Shown here: piece by piece, positions 36,420-46,320 of the stretch
Layout: each line of letters begins with the position of its first letter
Numbering within the stretch: the first letter of the stretch is position 1
Origin: Gammaproteobacteria bacterium
Lineage (GTDB): Bacteria; Pseudomonadota; Gammaproteobacteria; Steroidobacterales; Steroidobacteraceae
Assembly (NCBI GenBank): GCA_030040715.1
Contig: JASHTF010000082.1
Span: 31 to 64,030 of the forward strand
DNA length: 64,000 nt
Direction: 5' to 3'
The notes under the pieces: model-generated
Database searches by the model: none
What the model saw: the letters and a program-made list of their open reading frames with translations, nothing else
Told to the model about the DNA's origin: nothing
Program-made: the position numbers and the translations under genes

Positions 36420-39410
36420 TTACTGGCGGGGCGCGTCCTTCGCCTTGCCGGAGATGAGATCGTCCTCGGTGAACATGCGCCCGTTAGCGATGACGCGGCG
36501 CACATTGTTGGCATTCTCGATATCGTCGAGCGGATTGCCCTGCACCAGCACGATATCGGCCAGCTTGCCGGGCTCGATGGTGCCCGCATCTAGATTGAGC
36601 AGTTGCGCCGAATTGACCGTGGCCGTCCGAAGCGCCTCGTACGGCGTCATGCCGAACTTGACGTAGGAAAAGAGCTCGGCGTGGAGGAACATGCCGTCAG
36701 GCTCGTCGGTGCCGGCGGTGACATGGACGCCCGCACGCAGCGCATCCATCACCGCCTTGCCGGTGCCGGTGTCTTTCACCGGCAGGAATGAGCCGATCGC
36801 GTTGTTGAAGTTCTTGATCTCGTCCCTGAGCCATGGCGGATCCATCGTCAGACGTCGGTCGTTCTTCAACTCGGGATGCGCCGCCAGAAGATCGCGCATG
36901 CCGCCGAAGATCGTGGGCGTCCAGGTCATATGGGCCGCGGCAATGATCTTGATCACGTCTTCATAGGCATGATTGTAGGTCTGCTTAGGCGAGTAGCCGC
37001 GGCGGCTCGTGGCCCCGGTATGCTCTACGCTGTCCATGCCGTCGTAGGCCGCGGGATAGATCTCGTGCGTTGCCACGGGGCTTCCCACCGAGTGAGCGAA
37101 ATCCACGATCATCTTCTGTTGGATGTCCGGCATGCGGACATAGCTCTTGTAGAGATCGAAGCCCAGAATGTGGCCGCGCTCCAGTTCGCGCATCAGCTGG
37201 GCATTGGTCGAGATGGCGATGCCCATTTTGTAATAGGTGCGCTCCCACTCCATCAGATGACCGGTGTCGAAGATGCGAGGTTGCACCCGGATGCCGGCGT
37301 CGCCCGCCTCGCGGTCTTCCACCGCTTCGTAAGGCAGATCGCCGGGATTGCGCACCGTGGTGATGCCATAGGCCAGGAAGGAACGGCCCTGCTCTTCGCC
37401 GAAATCACTCTGGCGGTGGCTGTGGTTTTCGATCAGGCCAGGCATGGCGGTAAGATCAGGCGCCTCGATCGTCCCGGCGCGGCCCGCTATATGGGGCCCT
37501 ACGCTGGTGATGCGGTTGCCGTCGATCACGATGTCCATGTTGTTTCTGGCGGTTTTGGAGATTCCATCCACCAGCTTGCCCACGTGCACCACCAGATGGG
37601 TCTTGGGCACATAGACTTGATAGCTGAGGTCCAGCGGAACGCTCGTGGTTTCGCCGGTCTCCAGATCCATCAGCCTCAGCTGGTCGTTGGACTGATAGAG
37701 GACATGGCGGTTGTCGGCAGCCCAACTGGGGTTATAGGCGATCTCGCTGGTCAGGTGACGCACCGGCCCTTGAGGCTCACCGGTGAGTGGCGAGACAGGC
37801 CAGATCGCCAATTGGCCCTCGTAAATCGCCAGCATGTGGGTGCCATCCGGCGACCATGCCGGGCCGCTCCAGCCACGGCTGTCAATGGACATGTTGGGCT
37901 GGGGTGCGAACCATTTCTCGTCCGGATTGTCGGGCGTGCCGGTGGACGACATGGTGAGCACTTGGTTAGTGCCTTCGCGGTATTTGTGGTTATAGGGCGC
38001 CACCATCGCCACGGCGATGCGCCTGCCGTCGGGCGACCAGGTGGGCGTGCCCGGCGCGAAGATGGATTTGTGGATCAGTTTCACTTCGCCCGTCGCCACA
38101 TCGGCTACGCCAAGTCCCCCGCCGCGCCACATGGCGTCCACATTGACGAAGGCGATGCGCTTGCCGTCGGGCGAGAATTGCAGCGAAGTGGGCTGGGTGG
38201 GGATATGCGTGAGCTGACGCATCTGGCCGGTCTGCATGTCGCGGATCCAGATCTCCAGATGCTCGCCGCCCCGGTCCGAGGACCAAGCGAGGTAACGGCC
38301 GTCCGGCGACCAGGTGGGATCGACGTCATAGGCCGCGTCATGGGTAAGGTTCTGCGGCTTGCCGCCCGTCACCGGCACGACCCAGAGGTCGCCGATCGCG
38401 ACAAAGGCGATCTGCTTGCCATCGGGCGACAGGACCGGCCGCTCGATGCCCAAAACCGGCCGCGGCGTCTGGTGGTCGAAATCGCGCTTGTTGCGGGCAT
38501 AGCTGCCGGGCGCGGGTGTCACTTCCAGCGAGGCCGCGAAGGGAACCACCTTGACCGCGCCTCCAAGGGTGCGGCGCTTGATCTTGCCGTCGGCGGTATA
38601 GAAGAACTCGTTCGCCGAGACCCAGCTGGGACGGAACGGAAAGACGACTTCATCTCGGGTGATTGCCCTGCCGTCGATATTCAGCTGGCTGTCATTGCCA
38701 TTCGAGGATTCATAGACGAGTTGGCCGCCCGGCCCATAGGACGCCGCGTCGATCTTGCCTTCGCCGACCGTGGCAACCTTGTGCTCGGCCTTGGTGGCGA
38801 CGTTCACCGCCCAGGCGCTCTTGTAGCCGTCGCGCGAGGAGATGAAGACAATTTCCTTGTCGTCCGGCGACCAAGCCGGCATCGTGTCCTCGGCCGGATT
38901 GGTGGTGAGTTCAGTGAGCTCACCGTCGCGCGTATCCAGCACCCAGATGTTGTTGTCGCTGCCCAGCGGATCGCCCCGGTCCGACGAAAAGGCGATGCGG
39001 GTGCCGTCATGGCTGAAGATGGGCTCGCGGTCGTCAAAGGCGCCTTCGGTCAGCTGGTGCTGGTGCGAACCATCCACCCCCACTTCCCAGAGGTCATACC
39101 CGCCCTGGCGATAGCCGAAGAATATGATGTTCCTGCCATCCGGGGACCATTGCGGCTGGCGTGCGTCATTGAAGATGTCGGTGACACGTCTGGCCTCGCC
39201 ACCGCCGACCGGCAAAACCCAGATCGAACCCTGAAGGTCCATCGCCAGCATCTTGCCGTCGGGCGACACCGCGACCTGCATCGAGGTGCCTTCATGCACC
39301 GTAATGGTCACATGCTGCGGCGGGTGAATGGCTGAACTGGATTGGGCCAGAGAGACTCCGGCGTGAGCACAAAAACCGGCGACAACCGGCAGAAGAAGAC
39401 TGCGGCGCAT
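36420..39410 (-). CDS. large secreted protein: tandem PD40/TolB-like beta-propeller repeats fused to a C-terminal metal-dependent amidohydrolase domain
   Basis: 996 aa with a signal peptide. Repeated (W/F)SPDG(K/R)xIAF motifs occur at least 8 times. The C-terminal amidohydrolase domain has LIENHSH (HxH) and a late TAGTDEPDG segment. Confidence 0.88.
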   Translation of the reverse strand: MRRSLLLPVVAGFCAHAGVSLAQSSSAIHPPQHVTITVHEGTSMQVAVSPDGKMLAMDLQGSIWVLPVGGGEARRVTDIFNDARQPQWSPDGRNIIFFGYRQGGYDLWEVGVDGSHQHQLTEGAFDDREPIFSHDGTRIAFSSDRGDPLGSDNNIWVLDTRDGELTELTTNPAEDTMPAWSPDDKEIVFISSRDGYKSAWAVNVATKAEHKVATVGEGKIDAASYGPGGQLVYESSNGNDSQLNIDGRAITRDEVVFPFRPSWVSANEFFYTADGKIKRRTLGGAVKVVPFAASLEVTPAPGSYARNKRDFDHQTPRPVLGIERPVLSPDGKQIAFVAIGDLWVVPVTGGKPQNLTHDAAYDVDPTWSPDGRYLAWSSDRGGEHLEIWIRDMQTGQMRQLTHIPTQPTSLQFSPDGKRIAFVNVDAMWRGGGLGVADVATGEVKLIHKSIFAPGTPTWSPDGRRIAVAMVAPYNHKYREGTNQVLTMSSTGTPDNPDEKWFAPQPNMSIDSRGWSGPAWSPDGTHMLAIYEGQLAIWPVSPLTGEPQGPVRHLTSEIAYNPSWAADNRHVLYQSNDQLRLMDLETGETTSVPLDLSYQVYVPKTHLVVHVGKLVDGISKTARNNMDIVIDGNRITSVGPHIAGRAGTIEAPDLTAMPGLIENHSHRQSDFGEEQGRSFLAYGITTVRNPGDLPYEAVEDREAGDAGIRVQPRIFDTGHLMEWERTYYKMGIAISTNAQLMRELERGHILGFDLYKSYVRMPDIQQKMIVDFAHSVGSPVATHEIYPAAYDGMDSVEHTGATSRRGYSPKQTYNHAYEDVIKIIAAAHMTWTPTIFGGMRDLLAAHPELKNDRRLTMDPPWLRDEIKNFNNAIGSFLPVKDTGTGKAVMDALRAGVHVTAGTDEPDGMFLHAELFSYVKFGMTPYEALRTATVNSAQLLNLDAGTIEPGKLADIVLVQGNPLDDIENANNVRRVIANGRMFTEDDLISGKAKDAPRQ

Positions 39411-39722
39411 GCATTTCCCCCGTGTTCTGTTCGTTATAGCAGGAGAGATGGTTTGCGGAAAGATTCAGGCCTCGGAGGCTGGAAGGAATTCAGTCACGAC
39501 GGGCCCGCCTCTGACTGCTCGCCGGAGGCGGGAAGCCCGGGTAAATCTGCATGGCGCTGTCTTCTCTGACCGATGGGCGGCCTTGTTTTGGTGGTCTACT
39601 TGCGGCCCTTCTGCGGACCAGGGACGGAGTCATCCGAAGCGGCTGCTGCGTGGTCGCAGGCTCGGGCGTAGCGATCCGAAATCTCGGTCGACATCCGATC
39701 AACCGTAAGCGCACACTGGTCA

Positions 39723-41207
39723 TTGCGCTCATGTGCGTTCCGCGTCTGTTCGACTAAGACACCACCACTGGCGAGGCCCACCGTGAGACTTCGAGGACTT
39801 CTCTGCATTGCCACCCTATCGATAGGCCTGATCAATCACGCATTGGGCGCGACTCCGGGACCCGTGCCCCCCACCGCTGATCGAAAGCTCGCGCGTGACA
39901 TCCTGAAGCAGCTTATCGAGATCAATACTACGCATGCCTATGGCTCGACGGCCGCGGCCGCGGCGATCCGGGATCGGCTGATCGCCGCGGGCTTTCCCGC
40001 GGCCGACGTGGCTTTAATCGCTCCGTCTGAACACCCGACTAAGGGAAATGTCGTGGTGCGCTTACGGGGCACGGGCCGAGGGGTGCCGGTGCTGTTCATC
40101 GGTCACCTGGATGTCGTCGAAGCCAGAGCCGCCGACTGGAGCCTCGACCCGTTCAAGCTTACGGAGAAGGACGGCTGGTTCTACGGCCGCGGCACTATCG
40201 ATATGAAGGACGGCGATGCCGCGATGCTCGAATCGCTGATCCGGCTCCGACGCGAGGGCTTCCGCCCGGATCGCGATCTGATCGTTGCCTTCACGGCAGA
40301 CGAGGAGGCCGGTGGTGACGCCAACGGACCGGCGTTTCTGCTCAAGAACCATCGAGAGCTGCTGGATGCCTCGGTCGTGGTCAATCTCGATGGCGGTGGG
40401 GGAGCCTATCGCAACGGTGAGCGCGCATATCTGGAGGTTGGTACCAGCGAGAAGACCTATCTGACATACACAGCCGAGAGTACCGGTCCGGGCGGTCACG
40501 GCTCCCTGCCGGGACCCGATAACCCCATCTATCGGCTCGGTGATGGCCTGAGTCGACTCGAACGCTTTCGGTTTCCCGTCATGCTGACGGCTACCACACG
40601 TGCCAGCTTCGAGGCGCGTGCCGAGCTGCCGCATGGCCCTAACAGCGCCGACATGCATGCGGTGGCACGCATTCCGCCGGATCTCGCAGCCGCCGATCGC
40701 CTGAGCCAGAATGTGTACTTCAACGCGCAGCTGCGTACCACCTGCGTACCGACTCTGATCAGCGGCGGGCACGCGGAAAATGCGCTGCCGCAGCGGGCTC
40801 GAGCGACCATTCAGTGCCGAATGATGCCGGGTGACAGCGAGCAGCACGTGCGCGCCATGTTGGTTCAAGTACTCGACGACCCCAAGATCTCACTGACGCT
40901 CGACGCCGCGCCTATCGTGAGTCCCGAGTCAGTACCCACCGCTGCAATCATGAGTCGCGTGGCGCAGGTGGTGCACTCGATGTGGCCGGCGGTCCCGATC
41001 GTGCCGACGATGTCGACGGCCTTCAGCGACGATCGACAAACGCGTAACGCTGGCATCCCAAGCTATGACCTGAGTGGGATCTGGATTGACGCCGATGAGA
41101 ATCGAGCACACGGACGCGATGAGCGCGTCGGTGTCCGAGAGTTCGACGAAAGCGTCGAATACACCTATCGGCTGATGCGGGTCATGAGCCAGGCAGGCAA
41201 GCCGTAG
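39723..41207 (+). CDS. M20/M28-family metallopeptidase (secreted)
   Basis: VLFIGHLDVVEA, GRGTIDMKDG, FTADEEAGG and the late GGHAENALP motif are typical of M20. A signal-like N-terminus is present. GTG 39783 is an alternative start. Confidence 0.85.
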   Translation: MRSCAFRVCSTKTPPLARPTVRLRGLLCIATLSIGLINHALGATPGPVPPTADRKLARDILKQLIEINTTHAYGSTAAAAAIRDRLIAAGFPAADVALIAPSEHPTKGNVVVRLRGTGRGVPVLFIGHLDVVEARAADWSLDPFKLTEKDGWFYGRGTIDMKDGDAAMLESLIRLRREGFRPDRDLIVAFTADEEAGGDANGPAFLLKNHRELLDASVVVNLDGGGGAYRNGERAYLEVGTSEKTYLTYTAESTGPGGHGSLPGPDNPIYRLGDGLSRLERFRFPVMLTATTRASFEARAELPHGPNSADMHAVARIPPDLAAADRLSQNVYFNAQLRTTCVPTLISGGHAENALPQRARATIQCRMMPGDSEQHVRAMLVQVLDDPKISLTLDAAPIVSPESVPTAAIMSRVAQVVHSMWPAVPIVPTMSTAFSDDRQTRNAGIPSYDLSGIWIDADENRAHGRDERVGVREFDESVEYTYRLMRVMSQAGKP

Positions 41208-41552
41208 CGATCGATTAATGGCGGACGTTCGCCGTCGCGGACGACTGCCTTTTTTCCGCAACTGGTCGATGGTGAACTTGACTTCTGAGTCAGGTATCGA
41301 CTATCGGTCGGAACTCTCAAGCGACGAGACCACGAGTTTGAAATCTGCCCGGCGAGCTCGCCGCAGCATCCAACGCATCGCTGTCGTTTGCAGCAAGATC
41401 ATGCCGACGAGCGCAATTGACCAGACGATCCCCATGACCTCAAACAGCAGAAGTCGGAATCGATCTTTGTGTCAAGATCATGGCGCCAACGCGCGGGCGG
41501 TGCCTCGCGATGGCGTGCCAGGCGCAGTTTGAGTCGGCAGAAACGGCGGGTG

Positions 41553-41672
41553 TCAGGCGACTAGAAACACGACGGCCCAGAAGGCGGCCACGAGTAGCGC
41601 CCAGAGTGCGATCTGCGCCCTGTCCGAGGATGACAGCGGCTCTTCGTCGGTCCCCAAATGGTACCGCTTCAT
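41553..41672 (-). CDS. candidate 39-aa small membrane protein (not in the supplied ORF track)
   Basis: ATG 41672 is preceded by GGCGGAGGACAC, a strong GGAGG RBS. Translation is MKRYHLGTDEEPLSSSDRAQIALWALLVAAFWAVVFLVA with one C-terminal TM helix. Coordinates cross-checked against tracked ORF 41480..41704. Confidence 0.3.
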   Translation of the reverse strand: MKRYHLGTDEEPLSSSDRAQIALWALLVAAFWAVVFLVA

Positions 41673-41812
41673 GTGTCCTCCGCCCCGGTGCGACGTCAGT
41701 GTGATCGATCCGTCCCCAGCTCCTAAACTGTCGCAGTTTGAGAACAGGCGGGCTACTTAATCTGCCGCGGAGTTACACTCGGCGAGCGGCTCAACTGACA
41801 GGGGACGCCAGC

Positions 41813-42409
41813 ATGATGCCACAAGAACGCGAGCACCTGGCGGAAGTGGAGCTCGGGCTTGATCCGGATCTGATCGCCCGCTTCTTGGCTCGCGAGCAGC
41901 TGACGGCACGGCCGCCCGAGATGGAACGCGGAGACCGAGACGACCGCGCGCGCCCGGGAGCTGATAGTAGCAGCGTGTCGCATCTAACGGATTCCGGTCC
42001 CGATGCAGAAGACAAGGCAGAGTGCCAGCGCGCAGATGAGGCCACGGATATCCGTGAAAAGGCTGATGCGCTCCGAGCGTACCTGAAAAGAGCCCGCGAG
42101 GCAGAAGGCCAATTTGCACAGATCAAATTGCAGCCCGAACACAAGAGCTGCGAGTTGCTATCCGAGACGGCAGCGAGCGAGGCGCGTGCAACTGTGGCTC
42201 GTCCAGCAGAACAGTCGCCCGACGCGGGTATCGCTCGTGCTGATCTCGGCGCCGACATCCATGAGGATGAGTGCTCGCACCTCCAACAGGTGGCTTCCGC
42301 CCCTACTACGGACCAAGCGCGACCAGAGCGTCTACGCTGGTCCCTGATCGCCGTGGGGATCGCCGTCGGCATGTTCGCGGCAATGTCGCTTTGGATAGCG
42401 CTAGGATGA
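41813..42409 (+). CDS. hypothetical acidic protein with a C-terminal transmembrane anchor
   Basis: From ATG 41813 (MMPQEREHLAEVE...). Charged, low-complexity body and a terminal WSLIAVGIAVGMFAAMSLWIALG. No recognisable domain. The tracked start at 41738 is TTG. Confidence 0.45.
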   Translation: MMPQEREHLAEVELGLDPDLIARFLAREQLTARPPEMERGDRDDRARPGADSSSVSHLTDSGPDAEDKAECQRADEATDIREKADALRAYLKRAREAEGQFAQIKLQPEHKSCELLSETAASEARATVARPAEQSPDAGIARADLGADIHEDECSHLQQVASAPTTDQARPERLRWSLIAVGIAVGMFAAMSLWIALG

Positions 42410-42414
42410 GGATC

Positions 42415-42702
42415 TCAGCGTCGCGACGGCGACGCGGAACGTTCGCGGCACTGGATCGCATACGATATTTCACACCAGGCGCGATAGCAGACCGTGTGCA
42501 TCGGTAACGTCGCTGCCGCACCCATATCGGAGCAAAACTCCAGGTCGTATTCGATCTGCTGACCCGTAATAGGATCGTCGCAGCAGGCACATCGTAGCCC
42601 GTCTCCTTGGCGACCAAAGATTTCATAGTTTTTGGCTTGCGGCAGCTGACCAGCATCGATGCGCGTCTGGATGAGTTGCCGGACTTGGTTCGCGGTCTCC
42701 AT
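42415..42702 (-). CDS. hypothetical small Cys-rich protein (possible zinc-binding)
   Basis: 95 aa with CACC...C...H..C..WC cysteine/histidine spacing. Convergent with the previous gene, 5-nt gap. Confidence 0.5.
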   Translation of the reverse strand: METANQVRQLIQTRIDAGQLPQAKNYEIFGRQGDGLRCACCDDPITGQQIEYDLEFCSDMGAAATLPMHTVCYRAWCEISYAIQCRERSASPSRR

Positions 42703-43003
42703 AACTTTCTCGACTCATATGTGGAGCGCGCTGGGCTGAACAGCAACTGAATGTGGTGGATTGCTCGGGTCGGGTACGCGCTCGGTCTCTACGATCTCAC
42801 GGGGCGCACGAGTGGCGCCGGTTCCCGCACGCGAACCAACTATCGAGGATTGCTGTTGCCGATCGCGCCGACGGCGATGATTCAGCGCTCGTTAACCAAA
42901 TGAGCCGTACTGTCGCACCAAGCAGATGTGCGATATCACTAAGACGTCTACCTACCCATTCCCCTGGCCTACCTCTATTGCACTCGGATCTAGGAGAGTA
43001 TTT

Positions 43004-43402
43004 ATGCAAACTTTGATACCCGTGAACTCCGCCCCGCGCTGGAGAGCACCGCTGAGCGTCGTATTCGGGGCTTTGGTCGTCACAGGCGTGCAGGCGGCGG
43101 ATCTGCCGGAAGTTACCGTCACCGCTCCCAGCGTGAAGACCATCGGACGCGACGCGACCGGAACACCCATTCGGCAGATAACCGCCACCGCCCGGATTCG
43201 GTACAGCCCAATCATGCTGACGACATATTCGGGTCGGGCCCTGCTACAGGACAAGGTTGTCGAGGTCGCACGAGGACTGTGCCGCAAGGTCGATAGCTTC
43301 GCGGTTGGGGCCCTGGGCGATGAGGGCACGTGTGTGGAGCAGGCAGTAGCCGGCGCTAAAGTGCAGATCGCAGCCGCCATTGCCCGACAGAAGGCGAGTT
43401 GA
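43004..43402 (+). CDS. UrcA-family secreted protein
   Basis: AGGAGA RBS and a signal peptide ending VQA. IRYSPIMLTTYSGRALLQDKVVEVARGLC...GTCVEQAVAGAKVQI fits the UrcA pattern. Confidence 0.6.
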   Translation: MQTLIPVNSAPRWRAPLSVVFGALVVTGVQAADLPEVTVTAPSVKTIGRDATGTPIRQITATARIRYSPIMLTTYSGRALLQDKVVEVARGLCRKVDSFAVGALGDEGTCVEQAVAGAKVQIAAAIARQKAS

Positions 43403-43514
43403 GCGCGGCGAACTAGAGGCGGCCGGTGAAGACCGGCTGCCTTCCGCGCACCGACCGGCACGGGTCGCACCGGCACGGAGGAATCGACGCCACGAATGGA
43501 GTAGGCTGGCGCAT

Positions 43515-45026
43515 ATGTTCGACTATCGCGGATTGGTGTTGGTGGTCGTCCTGGGGCTATCGGCTTGCGGTTCGCTGACGAAGCCGGCAACGGTTCGGAG
43601 TGTTCTAGACGGGAATCGGTCGGGCGATTTCAAGAACGTCAACGCACTTTTCTCTACCTGGACGAAGCCGAATAGTGCAGGTTGCGCACTCGGTGTGCTC
43701 AGCGATGGACGGCTGCTTTACAGCCGCGGTTACGGTTTGGCGGACATCGAGCATTCAGTACCCATTGCACCCACGACAGTGTTTCATGTCGCCTCGATCT
43801 CCAAGCAGTTCACCGCCTTCGCGATCTACCTGCTCGAGCAGGATGGCAAGCTGTCGATCGACGACGATATCCGCAAGTACCTACCCGAGCTGCACGACTT
43901 CCATCAGACGATCACCATTCGGCAGTTGCTTCACCACACCAGCGGCCTGCGGGATCAATGGGATCTGCTCTTGATGGCGGGGTGGCGTCTGGGGGATGTC
44001 ATCACACAGGAGGATGTTCTCAAGCTTACCTGGCGACAGGAGGAACTGAATTTTCCCCCGGGGCAAGAATTCTTGTATAGCAACACGGGCTATACGTTGC
44101 TGGCGGTTATCGTCGAGCGGGTTTCCGGTATGTCATTTCGCGACTTCACTGATCAACGCATCTTCGTGCCGCTCGGTATGAGCCATACTCATTTCCACGA
44201 GCACTACGGAGATCTGGTGCCTGATCGAGCCTATTCGTATGAGTGGCACGGCGATAGCTACCGGTACGTGGCGCTGTCTTACTCCACGGTCGGTGCCTCG
44301 AGTCTTTTCACCACGGTACAGGACCTGGCTCGTTGGGACGAAAATTTCTATAACGGAAACGTAGGCGGGAAGGATCTTCTCGCGCAGATGCAGATCAAAG
44401 GCAAGCTCAATAGCGGTAAAGAGATCGACTACGCCTCAGGGCTCATGATCGGAACGTATAGGGGCCTTACAACAGTCGAGCATGGTGGTGCCGATGCAGG
44501 CTTTCGTTCCGAAATCCTGCGCTTTCCGGACGTGCATTTCTCGGTGATCATCCTCTGCAACGCGGGCGACGCAGACCCCTCTGGCCTGGCGCGCAAGACT
44601 GCGGATATTTTTCTAGACTCTCGGCTCAAGCCGCTGCCGCCCGCACTCCCTCAGCCGATCGAGGTCAAGATCGACCCAAAGCAATTGGGCGCAACCCAAC
44701 GCCCGCAATTGACCGACGAGCAGCTGCAGCAATTCGCCGGCAGTTTTTACAGCACCGAGATCGACAAGTCCTATACTGTACTGACACGCGATGGGAAGCT
44801 CTTCATCAGCGACGCTCGCACGGAAGATGAAATGGTTCCCGTCCGCGCCGATGTGTTTGAGGCGGATTTCCCTTTCAACACGGTTGAATATGAATGCACT
44901 AAGACTCGCCGCTGCAATAGCTTCATCGTCAGCAACGGCCGTGTGCGCAGGCTCCGCTTCCAACGCATCAACCTGGTACCTAACGCGGTCACGATCAAGT
45001 TGTCGGCGAGCGCACAGCAGCGCTGA
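43515..45026 (+). CDS. serine hydrolase of the beta-lactamase / penicillin-binding-protein fold (class C-like), lipoprotein
   Basis: Lipobox LGLSAC. SxxK (SISKQF), YxN (YSNTGY) and an HGG triad element (VEHGGADAG). A C-terminal extension of about 130 aa. Confidence 0.88.
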   Translation: MFDYRGLVLVVVLGLSACGSLTKPATVRSVLDGNRSGDFKNVNALFSTWTKPNSAGCALGVLSDGRLLYSRGYGLADIEHSVPIAPTTVFHVASISKQFTAFAIYLLEQDGKLSIDDDIRKYLPELHDFHQTITIRQLLHHTSGLRDQWDLLLMAGWRLGDVITQEDVLKLTWRQEELNFPPGQEFLYSNTGYTLLAVIVERVSGMSFRDFTDQRIFVPLGMSHTHFHEHYGDLVPDRAYSYEWHGDSYRYVALSYSTVGASSLFTTVQDLARWDENFYNGNVGGKDLLAQMQIKGKLNSGKEIDYASGLMIGTYRGLTTVEHGGADAGFRSEILRFPDVHFSVIILCNAGDADPSGLARKTADIFLDSRLKPLPPALPQPIEVKIDPKQLGATQRPQLTDEQLQQFAGSFYSTEIDKSYTVLTRDGKLFISDARTEDEMVPVRADVFEADFPFNTVEYECTKTRRCNSFIVSNGRVRRLRFQRINLVPNAVTIKLSASAQQR

Positions 45027-45066
45027 CGTACAAGGTCCGGGCAGCTGCTGAGAAACCCATTCCTCT

Positions 45067-46320
45067 GTGGGATCCTTTCCGACTGTGCCACGATCCCACA
45101 TTTTCTACGGCTGGTTCGTCGTCGCGGCGGCGTTCGCGGTTACCTTGGTGGGCTTCGGTAGCGCCTATAGCTTCAGCGCCTTTGTCGCTCCACTGCAGCA
45201 GGATTTCGGTGCGTCGCGCGGATCGGTTTCGTTGGTATTTTCATTGGCTGGATTTCTGTATTTCAGTGTCGGCATGATATCGGGGCCGTTGGCCGACCGT
45301 TGGGGAGCCAGGCGGATTGTCATGGCGGGAGTGCTCCTGGTCGCTCTCGGCCTGATCCTGGCGGCACGTGCCCGGACGCTGCACGAGGTCTATGCGGCCT
45401 ACGGGCTTGGGATCGGCCTCGGCGTGGGCTGCGCCTACGTTCCCGTCCTCGGGGCGGTGCAGCGCTGGTTCGTCGAGCGGCGCGGATTTGCATCCGGGCT
45501 CGCCGTCAGTGGAATCGGCGTGGGGACCCTGCTGATGCCGCCGCTGGCGACGACGCTCATCGCCGGGTACGGATGGCGAAACGCGTATCTGGCTCTGGGC
45601 GTCCTCGCGGCGATCGTGGGCATTGGCGCGGCCGTGCTGGTGGAAGATGATCCCCGACAGCGTGGACTCGAGCCCGATGGCCTGGCGCGGGCTACGGCTC
45701 AATCTTCGCGGCCCGTGCAAGGCATGTCCGTCAGTGAAGCCATTCGGACCACGCGGTTTCTCGGCCTCTATGCGGCGTGTCTCGTCGGCTCACTGGGAAT
45801 GTTCGTACCACTCGTGCACCTCGTCCCCTATGCCCTCGATCACAGAATCGAGCCGACAACGGCCGTGCTGCTACTCGGCGCCATCGGCGTGGGCAGTACC
45901 ATCGGACGGTTCTTCCTCGGCAGTATCGCCGACCGCATCGGACGGGATGCCCTTCTGACCGCAATGTATGTCGGTATGGCGGTATCGCTTGCGACCTGGA
46001 CGCTGGCTGAAGGCTTCTGGTCACTGGTCGTGTTCGCCCTGGCGTTTGGCCTGTTCTACGGAGGCTGGGTCGCCGTCCTGCCGGCAGTCGTGGCGGATCA
46101 CTTCGGGGCGCGTCGTGTGAGTGGCATCCTCGGTGTCCTATCCACGAGTGCCGCGATCGGCACGCTCGTCGGCCCGAGCGCCGCAGGCTTCATGTTCGAT
46201 GCCAGCCACAGCTACTGGGTGCCAATTTTGGCCAGCGCGTTCGCAAATGGCGTGGCATCCGCGCTCACCTTCATGACTTTCAGAAGCGCATCGGCGCCCG
46301 CCGTTGGGGAGCTGCGGTGA
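45067..46320 (+). CDS. MFS transporter (oxalate/formate antiporter-like subfamily)
   Basis: 12 hydrophobic helices. GWFVVAAAFAVTLVGFG...GPLADRWGARR loop motif. GTG start. Confidence 0.88.
   Translation: MGSFPTVPRSHIFYGWFVVAAAFAVTLVGFGSAYSFSAFVAPLQQDFGASRGSVSLVFSLAGFLYFSVGMISGPLADRWGARRIVMAGVLLVALGLILAARARTLHEVYAAYGLGIGLGVGCAYVPVLGAVQRWFVERRGFASGLAVSGIGVGTLLMPPLATTLIAGYGWRNAYLALGVLAAIVGIGAAVLVEDDPRQRGLEPDGLARATAQSSRPVQGMSVSEAIRTTRFLGLYAACLVGSLGMFVPLVHLVPYALDHRIEPTTAVLLLGAIGVGSTIGRFFLGSIADRIGRDALLTAMYVGMAVSLATWTLAEGFWSLVVFALAFGLFYGGWVAVLPAVVADHFGARRVSGILGVLSTSAAIGTLVGPSAAGFMFDASHSYWVPILASAFANGVASALTFMTFRSASAPAVGELR

Noticed and set aside
36876-39335. 819-aa plus-strand ORF
   Set aside because: It is entirely antisense to the 996-aa PD40/amidohydrolase gene, whose translation has clear repeats and catalytic motifs. 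The plus-strand product is Arg/Gly/Ala/His-rich with no motifs, which is typical of stop-poor antisense frames in high-GC DNA.
41208-41260. Possible terminator after the M20 gene (T-tract CCTTTTTTCC)
   Set aside because: The preceding sequence forms only 4-bp stems by hand folding, which is insufficient support.
44244-44259. TGGCACGGCGATAGCT, which has correct GG/GC spacing
   Set aside because: It lies in the middle of the serine hydrolase CDS, has a poor -12 region (no TTGC), and no downstream gene start. Probably a chance match.
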